This document shows, in pieces, positions 1 through 10,593 of a DNA stretch of 64,000 bases. This stretch comes from an uncultured Acidimicrobiia bacterium (lineage in GTDB: Bacteria; Actinomycetota; Acidimicrobiia; Spongiisociales; UBA5794). The stretch lies in contig CAWBYA010000007.1 in the NCBI GenBank assembly GCA_963792895.1, positions 986,305-1,050,304 of the forward strand. The letters are read 5' to 3'. A program made the position numbers and the translations under genes. A model generated the notes under the pieces. That model saw nothing but the letters and a program-made list of their open reading frames with translations, did not search any database and had not been told where the DNA came from. Numbering within the stretch: the stretch's first letter is position 1; each line of letters starts with the position of its first letter.

Positions 1-297
1 GATGCCGCGGCGAGCACCATTGCGTTCGTCCGATATGCGGATGGCGCCCGGCCGGTGCTGGCGGTCTCGAACTTCACGCCTCAGGTCTGGCATGGCTACC
101 GCCTCGGGGTGCCGGAGCCGGGGCAGTGGTCCGAGCTGCTCAACAGCGACGCCACCACCTACGGTGGGAGCGGGGTTGGCAACCTCGGCGGGGTGGCCGC
201 CGAACCGGTGGCGGCTCATGGGTACGATCACTCCGTCGTGATCGAGGTGCCACCGCTCGCCACCGTCGTCCTCGCCCCGGACGTGGATGCGGCATGA
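1..297 (+). CDS. glgB: 1,4-alpha-glucan branching enzyme GlgB, C-terminal fragment (gene continues upstream of window)
   Basis: Frame-1 translation ...[44 protein letters not shown]... matches the conserved GlgB C-terminal region. The stop overlaps the glgC ATG (ATGA). Confidence 0.8.
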   Translation, partial: DAAASTIAFVRYADGARPVLAVSNFTPQVWHGYRLGVPEPGQWSELLNSDATTYGGSGVGNLGGVAAEPVAAHGYDHSVVIEVPPLATVVLAPDVDAA

Positions 298-1542
298 TCA
301 GTCGGGTGCGGCCCCGGGTGCTCTCGATGGTCCTGGCCGGGGGCGAGGGCAAGCGGCTCATGCCGCTCACCGCAGACCGGGCCAAACCGGCCGTGCCGTT
401 CGGTGGCCACTACCGGCTCATCGACTTTGCCCTCTCCAACCTCGCCAATGGGGGCTATCGCCACATCGTGGTGCTCACCCAGTACAAGAGCCACAGCCTC
501 GACGTTCACCTGTCCCGCACGTGGCGGCTCTCGACGCTGCTTGGCAACTACGTAGCGACGGCGCCGGCGCAGATGCGGGCAGGAAAGCGGTGGTTCCTCG
601 GCTCGGCGGATGCCGTGTTCCAGAATCTCAACCTGGTCGCCGATGAGCGGCCCGACTACATCTTCGTGTTCGGTGCCGATCACATCTACCGGATGGACCC
701 CAGCCAGATGCTCGAACACCACATCGACACGGGAGCAGGCGCCACAGTTGCAGCTCACCGTGTGCCCGCTGGCTGAAGCGGATCAGTTCGGGGTGATCGA
801 GCGCGGCACCACCACCAAGATCGAAACCTTCCGGGAGAAGCCGGCGGATCCGCAGCCGCTGCCGGATGATCCCGACCACGCCTTCGTGTCGATGGGCAAC
901 TACCTCTTCGACACCGACGTGCTCATCGATCTGGTGCAGGAGGATGCGTTCGACGAGGAATCGCGGCACGACATGGGCGGCGACCTGATCCCGAAGCTCG
1001 TCGCAGCGGGGGAGGCCCACGTGTACGACTTCACGCTCAACGACGTGCCCGGAGTTGCCGAACGGGCCGTCGGATACTGGCGAGACGTCGGGACGCTCGA
1101 CTCGTATTTCGATGCCCACATGGATCTCGTCGACATCGAGCCCATGTTCAACCTCTACAACCAGGATTGGCCGATCTACACCGATATGCGCTCGATGCCA
1201 CCCGCGAAAGTCGTTGCGGCCGGTGCAGCTGGCGCCGGCGAGATCCGCGACAGCATCCTGTCGAACGGGGTCATCGTCTCCGGCTCTTACGTTCGCCGCT
1301 CGGTGGTCTCGCCGTCTGTGCGGGTGGAGGGCGGCGCGATCGTGGAAGGTGCCGTCCTGCTGAACGGGGTCACCGTCGGTCCCGGCTCCGTCGTACGCAA
1401 TGCGATCATCGACAAGAACGTGACCATTCCGGCGGGCGCGCAGATCGGGGTCGACAGGGCGAGGGACGAGGCCAGGTTCACGGTGTCCGAGCGGGGTACG
1501 GTGGCCGTCGCCAAGGGAACGACCATCACCGAGCCGGTGTAG
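294..1542 (+). CDS. glgC: glucose-1-phosphate adenylyltransferase GlgC, interrupted by an apparent +1 frameshift at a CCC run (~765-767)
   Basis: N-terminal [26 protein letters not shown]...[16 protein letters not shown] in frame 3 to 776. GlgC homology continues in frame 1 from ~770 ([14 protein letters not shown]...[17 protein letters not shown]) to 1542. Deleting one C in gtgcccgct restores VPLAEA. Confidence 0.85.
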
Positions 1543-1705
1543 CCGCTCGGCTGCGCCGCCGTGCCCAAACGTCAGCTGCGTCCCGCGGAAGATCCCCCGC
1601 GCGCAGGGATCGCACAGCGGGGCCATACGAGAGGGTGAGGCTCGCCCAGGTCACTGCGAGGAAGACCCTCAGGCGACCCTCGAGTGGGTTCGCCGAGGGA
1701 GCGAT

Positions 1706-1747
1706 TCAGGTCTGCGGTCTCAGGTCTGCGGTCTGATGTCTGCGGTC
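1706..1747. repeat. 3 x 14-bp tandem repeat (tcaggtctgcggtc, third unit degenerate) in the glgC/glgA convergent region; encodes the last ~13 aa of GlgA
   Basis: Direct reading: caggtctgcggtct caggtctgcggtct gatgtctgcggtct. Confidence 0.6.
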
Positions 1748-3115
1748 TGAGAGCGACTCGTAGATCTCGATCTGGCGAGCTGCGGGGGCTCTCCACGACC
1801 AATCGTGGCGCATACCGCGCAGCTGGATCGACTTGCGACGCTGTGGCGAGCGCCACGCCCGTGCAGCACGATGGACTGCGTCGAGGAGCGCCGTCGGTAC
1901 GGGCTGCGAGGCGACGAACCCCGTGCCGCTGCGCGGGTGCGCGTCGTCATCGATGACGGTGTCGTGCAACCCGCCGACGTCGGTGACGATCGGGATGGTC
2001 CCGTACACCATGGCCTGCATCTCCGCGAGCCCGCATGGCTCGAATCGGCTCGGCATCAGCAGCAGGTCGGCGCCCGCAAACATGCGATGGGCCAGCGCCT
2101 CGTCGAAACCCTCGATGAAGTGGAACCGTCGCGGATGGGCCCCTGCTACCCACCGCGCCCTGTCGGCCAGGCCACGGTCGCCCGAGCCGAGCACCACCAG
2201 CCGCGCCGGGATTCGATCGAGGTACTCGATGAGATCGAGGGCCAGGTCGACCCCTTTCTGCCATGTCAGTCGAGTGACCATCGCGATCAGCGGGCTCCGT
2301 TCGGACGCCCATCCGACCTCGGCGAGGAGGTTGCGGCGAGCCTGCGCCTTGGGGCCGAGGTCGCGCGCCGAGTAGTGCACGGGCAAGTGGCGGTCGGTGC
2401 TTGGGTCCCACGTGGGATCGATGCCGTTGCGGATGCCGACGAGGCGGTTGCCCCTCGACCGGAGCGCCTCGTGGAGTCCCGCGCCATTCTCCGGATGCTG
2501 GATCTCCTCGGCGTAGTGTGGGCTCACCGCCACGACGTAGTCGGCCAGGGCGATGGCTCCCGAGAGGGGGTTGGTCGAGCCGTGCCATTCGTACGCCGAG
2601 GTCCGGTAGGACATCAACTCGAGCCAGCCGGCGTGGCTCGTGCCCTGATAGGCGAGGTTGTGGATGGTCAACACGGAAGGCACAGGACCGCCGAGGAAGC
2701 CGAGCGCGGCGCCTGTGTGCCAGTCGTTCAAGTGCAGCACATCCGGCGCCAGCTGTTTCGCCAGCTCGGCGACGGCGGCTGAGAACGCCATGAATCGGAA
2801 GTCGTTGTCGTGCCACCCGTGGCCGGATGCGTCGTTGTACGGATGGGGCCGCTCGATGGCGGGAGTGCGCACGCTGATGAGCGGCACGCCACCGAACACC
2901 CGCCCGCGTCGATACGTTGTGATGCCCACCCACGGCGGCATGTCGAGAGCATGCGGGGGGCCGTCGCCCGCGTCGTAGGTGCCGTAGTCGGGCAGCGCAA
3001 CGGTGACTTCGACGCCTGCGTCGTGGAGCGCCTCGATGAGACCCGCGGCGGCATAGGCGAGGCCGCCGACCCTCACCAACGGGGCGAGCTCCGAGGTCGC
3101 AAAGAGGACCTTCAC
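1706..3115 (-). CDS. glgA: glycogen synthase GlgA (ADP-glucose type), C-terminal half of a continuous 1182-aa ORF
   Basis: VKVLFATSELAPLVRVGGLAYAAAGLIEALHDAGVEVTVALPDYG... is a typical GlgA N-terminus, with a GTG start at 3115..3113. There is no in-frame stop separating it from the upstream GlgX. Confidence 0.8.
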   Translation of the reverse strand: MKVLFATSELAPLVRVGGLAYAAAGLIEALHDAGVEVTVALPDYGTYDAGDGPPHALDMPPWVGITTYRRGRVFGGVPLISVRTPAIERPHPYNDASGHGWHDNDFRFMAFSAAVAELAKQLAPDVLHLNDWHTGAALGFLGGPVPSVLTIHNLAYQGTSHAGWLELMSYRTSAYEWHGSTNPLSGAIALADYVVAVSPHYAEEIQHPENGAGLHEALRSRGNRLVGIRNGIDPTWDPSTDRHLPVHYSARDLGPKAQARRNLLAEVGWASERSPLIAMVTRLTWQKGVDLALDLIEYLDRIPARLVVLGSGDRGLADRARWVAGAHPRRFHFIEGFDEALAHRMFAGADLLLMPSRFEPCGLAEMQAMVYGTIPIVTDVGGLHDTVIDDDAHPRSGTGFVASQPVPTALLDAVHRAARAWRSPQRRKSIQLRGMRHDWSWRAPAARQIEIYESLSDRRHQTADLRPQT

Positions 3116-5254
3116 TCGGCCCGCTCCTGGCAGCAGCACCACGAGTCCAAACGCGGCGACCGGAAGCGTGGCGCCCTCTCCGAGAGCATGACGGGGCGGC
3201 TCCCCTTCGAGCCCCGTGTCGACCAGGGGCGTCCACGGCGTTCGCCCCAGCCCTCGCGGGATCGTGAAGGTGCGACTGCGATGGGCCGGATGCAACATGA
3301 GGAGGAAGCTGTCGTCGACGGGGGCGGAGCCTGCGGCGTCTGGCACGACCAAGCCGTCGCCGTTGAGGTAGATGGAGACGGACGTCGGTGTGGCGGCGTC
3401 CCAATCGTGCTGCGACATGCTGGTTCCTTCCGGCGTGAACCAGCGCACGTCGTCGAGGCTGGACCCGTTCGCCGGTGTACCACGAAGCCACGTGCGCCTG
3501 CGGAAGACGGGATGGCGACGGCGGAGATCGATCATGCGGCGAACGAAACCGAGGAAGGTGGCGTCCACATGCTCCCAGTCATACCACGAGATTTCGTTGT
3601 CCTGTGCGTAGGCGTTGTTGTTCCCATGCTGCGTACGGCCGAGCTCATCGCCTCCGAGCAACATGGGCACGCCCTGGGACACGAGGAGGGTTGCCAGGAT
3701 GCTCCTCTTGCGCCGATTCCGGAGCTCGCTGATCGCCGGATCGTCTGTGGGGCCTTCGACGCCTGTGTTCCATGATCGGTTGTCGTCGTGGCCGTCCTGG
3801 TTGGATTGCCCGTTCGCCTCGTTGTGCTTGCGCTCGTAACCGACGAGGTCGGAGAGCGTGTAACCGTCGTGGCTCGTGACGAAGTTGATCGAGGACGTGG
3901 GCGGGCGGCGCCCGGCGTGGGCGAAGACGTCCGAGCTTCCGGTGAGCCGGTATGCGAGGTCGGCGCGAGTGCCGGGTGTGGCCCGCCAGTAGTCGCGTAC
4001 CGTGTCGCGGTACCGATCGTTCCACTCTCGCCACACCGCGGGGAACGACCCGAGCCGATAGCCGCCTGGCCCGACATCCCATGGTTCCGCAATCAGCTTG
4101 ACGCTGTTGAGCACCGGATCCTGGAACATGAGATGGAGGAATGGGCCCGCTGCGTCGAACGCCAAGCCGCTGCGGGCCAGCGTCGTGGCGAGATCGAATC
4201 GAAAGCCGTCGACGTGGTACTCCTCGACCCACAGCCTGAGGCTGTCCGCGATCATCCGCAGCACCGCCGGGTGGTCGGTGTTGATCGTGTTGCCGACGCC
4301 GGAGAAGTCGAGATAGTGGCGGGGATCCTCGTCACTGAGGCGGTAGTACGCAGGGTTGTCGATGCCGCGAAAGCTCAGGTTCGGCCCCAGGTCGTGTGAT
4401 TCGCCGGTGTGGTTGTACACCACGTCGAGGATGACCTCGATTCCTGCGTCGTGGAGCGTCTTCACCATCCGCTTGAACTCCGCCACCTGACCACCCGGCT
4501 CTCGAGAGGCTGCATACCCGTGGTAGGGGGCGAAGAACCCGATCGGCTGGTAACCCCACAAGTTGCGCAGACCGTGGCGGACGAGCGCATGGTCGTGGAC
4601 GAAGTGCTGGACCGGCAGCAGTTCCACGGCCGTCACTCCGAGGGAGCGCAGGTGCTCCACGACGGGAGGGGAGGCGAGGCCCGCGTACGTGCCGCGCATC
4701 TCGGGCGGAACGGCAGGGTGACGTTGCGTGAGGCATTTGACGTGGGTCTCGTAGATCACGGTGTCGTGCCACGCGGTTCGAGGCCTGGCGTCGTCTCCCC
4801 ACGCGAAGGTGTGGTCGACGACGAGCGACTTCGGTATGAATGGGGCACTGTCGTGAGGTTCGCGCTGGTTCGGATCCTGGATGTCGAACCCGTAGACGGC
4901 GCGGTCCCAAGCGATATCCCCGTCGATCGCAGCCGCGTACGGGTCGATGAGGAGTTTCGCCGGGTTGCACCAGAGGCCGTGTTTGGGCGCCCACGGTCCC
5001 TCGACGCGGAGCCCGTAGCGGGTGCCCGGGCCGATGTCTGTTACATAGCCATGATGTACCGGACCGTCTGTTGCCGACAGCCAGTACGTGGATTCCATTC
5101 CGTCCTCGGCGAACACGCAGACGGCGATCGACTCTGCGATGTCCGAGTGAACCGCGAAGTTCGTGCCGCGTCCGTCGTACGTCGCGCCGAGTGGATTCGG
5201 TCGGCCGGGGAGCAGGTGCGTCATGGCTCGGCGAGGGTACCAACCCGTGGGCAA
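3116..5254 (-). CDS. glgX: glycogen debranching enzyme GlgX (GH13 isoamylase), N-terminal part of the continuous 1182-aa ORF
   Basis: MTHLLPGRPNPLGATYDGRGTNFAVHS... plus GH13 catalytic motifs (GFRFDLA, EPWD). C-terminus ...FLLMLHPAHRSRTFTIP...LVVLLPGAGR is typical of the GlgX end. Confidence 0.85.
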
Positions 5255-5267
5255 CGCGCCGAAGGCT

Positions 5268-5702
5268 TCACGTGGCGCGCGGGGTGATGTGAACGGTGCC
5301 GGTGAAGAGACCTGCGATGCGCCCGTCGCTGCGGCTGAGGGTGATGCGGTAGGTGGCGAGCGTGCGGCCTCTCGTCACCTCCTCGGCGACCGCGGTCAGA
5401 GTGTCCGAGTGACGGGTGGCCGCAGTGAGCACGAGGTGGGTGTCGATGGCGACTGCCCTATCGCCGTGAGCGTTCGAAGCGAGACTGAACGCGCAGTCGG
5501 CGAGAGAGAACATCGCACCTCCGTGCGTGACGTCATAGAAGTTCTCGTGGTCGGGCCGGACCGGCATCGCAACCGTCACGGGCGCGACGTCCACGAGTTG
5601 GAGTCCGAGGAGCGCGGCGTAGCGGTCTCGCGTGAACAAATCCCGGATGCGCTCCGCCCGCTCGGTCGGGTTCGTCAACGCAAGCGGCTGGTCAGGCGCC
5701 AC
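5268..5702 (-). CDS. PaaI-type hotdog-fold thioesterase
   Basis: 144-aa ORF with HGGAMFSLADCAFSLASN... hotdog thioesterase signature. Confidence 0.7.
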   Translation of the reverse strand: MAPDQPLALTNPTERAERIRDLFTRDRYAALLGLQLVDVAPVTVAMPVRPDHENFYDVTHGGAMFSLADCAFSLASNAHGDRAVAIDTHLVLTAATRHSDTLTAVAEEVTRGRTLATYRITLSRSDGRIAGLFTGTVHITPRAT

Positions 5703-6235
5703 GCCGCAGGCAGCATCAGGCCCGCGATTCCGATCTTCACGAGGTCACCCGGCACGAAGGGTACGGAGCCGAGGCCGGCGGCTTCGGGCCAGCCGACGTC
5801 GAGGGTCGCCGCGAGCCAGGGAACTCCGAAGAGGTGGATCATGACACTGCCGAGCAGGAACGCGGGGATCGCAGTTGCCACCGTCCGGTCTTGCTTTCGC
5901 TCCGCAAGCGCTCCGACGATCCATGCCGCCGCGATGAATCCAACGAGGTAGCCACCCGTAGCGCCCGTTGCGTATGCCCACCCGGACGAACCGCCCGCAT
6001 AGAAGGGCAACCCCGCAGCACCGAGTAGCACATAGAGCGCCTGGCTGGCGGCGCCCGCAACGGAGCCGAGGGCGGCGCCGGCCAGCAAGACCGCAAACGT
6101 CTGGCCCGTGATGGGCACGGGTGTGAACGGGAGGGGGATGCGAATCTGGGCGGCCAGCGCGGTCAGGAGCGCGAAGCCGGCGACCAGGGAGAAGGTCGCC
6201 GCGGTCGAGCGGGGCAGGACGACCCCGGAGATCAC
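5675..6235 (-). CDS. bioY: BioY family biotin transporter (start uncertain)
   Basis: Multi-TM protein with ...IRIPLPFTPVPITGQTFAVLLAGAALG...GYLVGFIAAAWIVG. The N-terminal extension in the ORF track is probably not coding. Confidence 0.7.
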   Translation of the reverse strand: MISGVVLPRSTAATFSLVAGFALLTALAAQIRIPLPFTPVPITGQTFAVLLAGAALGSVAGAASQALYVLLGAAGLPFYAGGSSGWAYATGATGGYLVGFIAAAWIVGALAERKQDRTVATAIPAFLLGSVMIHLFGVPWLAATLDVGWPEAAGLGSVPFVPGDLVKIGIAGLMLPAAWRLTSRLR

Positions 6236-6303
6236 ACGTGACGGAATTGTCGCTTGCAAGGGCACCCCTTTTGGTTGCGGGAGCGAGATTCTATCGTGGC
6301 GCC

Positions 6304-6876
6304 ATGCACGTGACCCGGGCACACCGTTGGACAGTCGTCCTCGCGCTGGTTCTGGGCCTCGTCGTCGCCGTGGCACCAGCGTCCGCCATCGACGTCGTGG
6401 AAGGCCCTGCAGGCGATTGGGCGCCGGCGTCGAGCCGCCAGCCGGTGGGCGACGAGGATCAGGCCGCCGGCCACGTTGTCGGCACCGTCCGTATCCCGGC
6501 GATCGGAGTGGACGAAGTGGTCCGAGAGGGCATCGACCTCAGCGTCATCGACCAGGGCCCTGCCCACTGGGTTGGCACGGCGCTTCCCGGACGGGCGGGC
6601 AACGTAGTGCTCGCCGGGCATCGCACGACGCACACTCACCCCTTCACCGACCTCGACCGCCTCGCCCCCGGAGACCTCGTCTACCTGACCGATCCCATGG
6701 GCTTCGAAGTGCTCTACGCAGTGAGGGAGACCTTCATCGTCAACCCGGATGCGTTGTGGATCTCGTACGACAACGGTGAGCCGCTGCTCACCTTGTTCGC
6801 ATGTCACCCGAAGGGATCTTTCGCACAGCGCATCGTGGTGCGGGCCGAACTGGTTGCGGGCCGTCTCATCGCTTGA
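6304..6876 (+). CDS. class E/F sortase
   Basis: Signal/TM N-terminus and the sortase catalytic region LAGHRTTHTHPF...LLTLFACHPKGS (TLxTC-like with catalytic Cys). Confidence 0.7.
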   Translation: MHVTRAHRWTVVLALVLGLVVAVAPASAIDVVEGPAGDWAPASSRQPVGDEDQAAGHVVGTVRIPAIGVDEVVREGIDLSVIDQGPAHWVGTALPGRAGNVVLAGHRTTHTHPFTDLDRLAPGDLVYLTDPMGFEVLYAVRETFIVNPDALWISYDNGEPLLTLFACHPKGSFAQRIVVRAELVAGRLIA

Positions 6877-6965
6877 GGCGTGCTCGTGTCGCGTGCGGCG
6901 CTCGTGTCACATCGAATCCGGAACTTCCGCCGAGTTTGACCCATGCGCCCGGTACCATCTCCGCA

Positions 6966-8117
6966 ATGGATGTGACCGACCTCGAGAGTGGACCGCCTCA
7001 CCCGTCGACCCCTGGCGTCGACCTCTGGACCGACGTGCCGCAAGCGCCGGCTGCGGCGCCCAAGATCCCAAAATGGCCCTTCATCGTGGCCGGGATCCTC
7101 CTACTGATCGGGTCGCTCGTTGCTGTCTCATGGCCGATCAACGTTCCGTACTACGCGCTGTCGCCCGGCCCCGTCAACGACACCAGTGACTACGTGTCCG
7201 TCCCCGAGAGAGAGGGGACTGAAGCCGGAGACTTCTACTTCTTGACGGTTTCGCTGCGTGAGATCAACGCTCTGGAGTACGTCGGAGCCATCCTCAACCA
7301 AGAGGTGGATCTCAGCCCGCGGGAGAACATCCGGCCCGCAGGCGTGTCGCAGGACGATCTGCGAAGGCAGAACCTCGACCTGATGGAGATGTCGCAGACC
7401 AATGCGAAGTACGTGGCGCTCACGCAACTCGGGTACGACGTCACCTTCGAAGGGTCGGGAGCCCTTGTGACGTCGACAGTCGAGGGGTCGGCAGCCGAGG
7501 GCATCGTGGAGCCGAACGATGTGATCGTCGCCGTCGACGGCGCTCCGGTCGAATTCTCACAAGATGCGGTCGACCTCATCAGTGGTTTGGCTCCGGGAGA
7601 CGTCGTCGAGCTCGAGGTGCAGCGCACCGGTGACGACGGCGCCGTCGAAGACCTCATCCTCACGCTGACCCTCGGTCCCTATCGGTTCGTCGATGACGAT
7701 GGGGTGGTACAGGACGAGCCAAGCCGCGGGATGGTCGGCGTGCTCCTCGTGAACGCGCCCACCAACATCTCGTTCCCTGTCGACGTGGAAATCGATGCAC
7801 AGAACATCGGCGGCCCGTCCGCAGGGCTGATGTTCACGCTCGAGATCATGAATCAGCTCACTCCTGACGACCTGACGAAGGGGTACCGCATCGCAGGCAC
7901 GGGAACCATCGACGCCGAGGGCAACGTCGGCGCCATCGGTGGGGTGCGGCAAAAGGTGTTCGGCGCCATCGATGTCGGCGCCGACTATGTCCTGGTGCCG
8001 GCGGGCAACTACGACGATGCGGTTGACGCAGCAGGTGATGCCATCACCGTTGTTCGGGCTGCGACGATCGACGACGCCCTCACGTTCCTCGAAAGGCTGC
8101 CGGAGAGAACCTCGTAG
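6966..8117 (+). CDS. PDZ domain protein with Lon-type (S16) C-terminal protease domain
   Basis: TM anchor, PDZ region, and NIGGPSAGLMFTLEIMNQLT (Lon catalytic-Ser motif). Syntenic with the downstream UPF0182 gene as in mycobacteria. Confidence 0.8.
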   Translation: MDVTDLESGPPHPSTPGVDLWTDVPQAPAAAPKIPKWPFIVAGILLLIGSLVAVSWPINVPYYALSPGPVNDTSDYVSVPEREGTEAGDFYFLTVSLREINALEYVGAILNQEVDLSPRENIRPAGVSQDDLRRQNLDLMEMSQTNAKYVALTQLGYDVTFEGSGALVTSTVEGSAAEGIVEPNDVIVAVDGAPVEFSQDAVDLISGLAPGDVVELEVQRTGDDGAVEDLILTLTLGPYRFVDDDGVVQDEPSRGMVGVLLVNAPTNISFPVDVEIDAQNIGGPSAGLMFTLEIMNQLTPDDLTKGYRIAGTGTIDAEGNVGAIGGVRQKVFGAIDVGADYVLVPAGNYDDAVDAAGDAITVVRAATIDDALTFLERLPERTS

Positions 8118-8204
8118 CTGCGTGCGTCGAATCGGCGCCGGCTCGATGAGCGATACGTCGGAGGAATGCAGGGCGCAGGCCCACGCCTCGGGTATCGTCG
8201 CGAG

Positions 8205-10446
8205 ATGTCCCCGGATCCCCCTGCCAACGACCTACGGAGCGTGACCTTCGCATCGGCATTGCGCGGCTACGACCGCGATGCCGTCGATCGTTTCAAGATC
8301 GAAGTGGCCGACAAGGTTGCCGACCTGGAGGGCCAGGTCGCTCGGCTCCGGAGCAAGGTCGATCAGATGGGGATCGATGCGGTTCCCGATCTTGCCGCGG
8401 AGATCACGAAGGTGGGCGCCGACGTCACGGCTGTCCTCGATGAAGCGCGCCGGGCAGCCGTGGAAATGCGTCATCGGGCTGCTGCAGACGCAGCGAGGTG
8501 GCGTGGCGAGGCGGAAGCCGACGCTTCGGCAGTCACGGCGGCGGCTGATGCCGAGGCGGCTGCGCTGCGCGGCGCCGCATGGGAAGCCGCGACCACCATG
8601 CTCGACCAGAGTCGAACGACCGTCGCTCAGCTGGTGAACGCCGACGCGCCAGGATGCCTTGTTCATACGCGCCGAGGCCGAGCGCGAAGAGCTGCGAATG
8701 GTTGCGGAGTCGCGGCGCGCTGCCGAAGACGCACTGCGTGCCGCACGGGCCGAGGCGACCCAGATCACGGAGGATGCCAGAGACGAGTCTGAGCGCATGC
8801 TCGACTCGGCACGGCGCTCTGCCGAGGCGGCGCAGGAGCGAGCGAGAGCCCTCGAGGCGCGGCGGTCGGAGCTGATGCGGGAGCTCGAAGCCACCAGACG
8901 ATCCATCGACGAGCTCGGCACACAGATCGACGAGGGCCGAGCCGGCACGCAGGTGGCCGCGATGCGGGTCGCACATCCCGCCGACGAGCCGGACGCTGGG
9001 CCGCCGTGGAGCGAGAGCGATGCCACCGTCAAGATCGTCCCGGCCCACAACGCAATGCTCGCCGAGCGAGTGGACGCCGACGAGCTCGCCGCCGAGGTCG
9101 AACGTATGCGCAGCGCGCCGCCCGCGCCAGAGCCGGAGCCGGAAGCCGAGGTGACGGTGCCTGAGCCGGAACCCGAGCCGGAACCCGAGCCGGCGCCGGA
9201 AGCCGAGGCGGCGGAGCCTGAGCCGGACCGGGAACCTGAAGCAATGCCAAGGCGCGAGCCTGAGGTCGAGCCGGAAGCCGAGGTGACGGTGCCTGAGCCG
9301 GAACCCGAGCCGGAACCCGAGCCGGAACCCGAGCCGGCGCTGGAAGCCGAGGTGACGGTGCTTGAGCCGGAACCCGAGCCGGAACCGATGCCAGGGCGCG
9401 AGCCGGAGCCGGAGATGGAAGCCGGGGCGGCGGAGCCTGAGCGCGAGCGCGCAGCGCCTCGGCGTGAGCGTGCAGAGGTCGAGCCGGCGCCGGAGCTCTC
9501 CGCAGCATCTCACGAGCCGGAACCGGACGCGGGAGTGGCTGCGCCGATCGGCGACGAGACCCGGGAACTCGAACCGACGGGGGGGCCATCGGCTTCACCT
9601 CCTGGCGACAGCCCGAGGGCGGCTCCCATCGGCGACCTGTTTGCGAGCCTGCGCTCCCCAGACGACGTTGCGCCGTCATCCGCTGAGCGCTCCAGCGACC
9701 CAGGGCCGGAGAGCTTCGACGCAGACCCCACGGCGTCCGCGTCGGCGCAGAGCCTGCCTCAACGTGCGCTGGGATCGTCATTGACGCCGCGAGCTGCCTT
9801 CGACATGCGGGAGCGCCTGCTGCTGCCCGCAGAGAACGAATCGCTGCGCGAGACCAAGCGGGCGATCCTCGAATTGCAGAACCGGAGCCTCGAGGCTCTG
9901 CGGATCGGCGGTGGGGAGTGGAAGCCCGAGCCGGCCGCATTCACGGCAGCCCTCGCCGCCGGTATCTCTCGACTCGAGACGGCCTCGTTCAGAGCCGGCA
10001 TCACGGCATCGGGAGAACTGACGGGTAGACCCGCACCCGCCTCAACAGCGGCGACCACACTGGATGGAGCCGCCCACGTTGCCGGCGCGCTGGTTGCGGC
10101 CCTGCGCGAGGCTCACGACCGTGCCGCCGATTCTGGCAAGGGCCCGAGGGAGTCGTCTGCGGCCGTGTCCCGAGTTTTTCGCGCCTGGCGCACCGACGAG
10201 GCGGAGCGGCGGCTGCGTGCGCTGGCCTACAGGGCGTATCACGAGGGCGTTCTCGCTGGGCTTGCCGCGCTCGGAGTCAAGGCAGTGACAGCGGTTACCG
10301 AGGGTCGGTTGTGTGCCGAGTGCCCGGCGGCTTCGGGCGCAGTCTGGGACCCGACGCGCCCACTACCGGCGGGCGTCATGCTGCCACCGGCGCATCCCGA
10401 GTGCGTCACCACCATCGTGCCGGTAGCGCCGATCGGCAGCGAGTGA
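8205..10446 (+). CDS. DivIVA-domain protein with long Pro-Glu repeat and Cys-rich C-terminal domain; apparent +1 frameshift near 8645
   Basis: [30 protein letters not shown] is a DivIVA N-terminus. Frame switches (frame 3 to frame 1) at gcgcca, where removing one C gives ...[19 protein letters not shown]. Coiled coil, (PEPE)n region and a C-terminal CAECP...HPEC domain follow. Confidence 0.7.
9117..9440 (+). repeat. Tandem gagccggaacccgagccg-type repeats encoding the [22 protein letters not shown] acidic linker
   Basis: Directly visible nucleotide tandem repeats; they generate spurious antisense ORFs (8533..9513, 9029..9940). Confidence 0.7.
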
Positions 10447-10593
10447 TGACGTGATCCGGCGACGCAGCTCCCACAGCAAGCAGCGGCGTTTGTTCACCGA
10501 CCCGGCGCGGCAGGATGCCCAACGACCGGGCCAGGCGGGGCCATTCGGGCCGGCGCGGACGATAGGCCGTGAGCCTGCAATAGAATCCCGCTC

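Noticed and set aside
3112-3483. 123-aa minus ORF ending ...CCCQERAE
   Set aside because: It is an alternative frame inside the glgX 3' region. It is noted only because its TGA overlaps the glgA GTG, which is relevant to the fusion-versus-indel question.
9117-9440. Possible CRISPR array because of regular short repeats
   Set aside because: The repeats are contiguous with no unique spacers, sit inside a coding frame (Pro-Glu linker), and there are no cas genes nearby.
8533-9940. Two long minus-strand ORFs (8533..9513, 9029..9940) rich in R/L/P/A
   Set aside because: They are produced by the antisense strand of the PEPE tandem repeat and coiled-coil region of the DivIVA-like gene.
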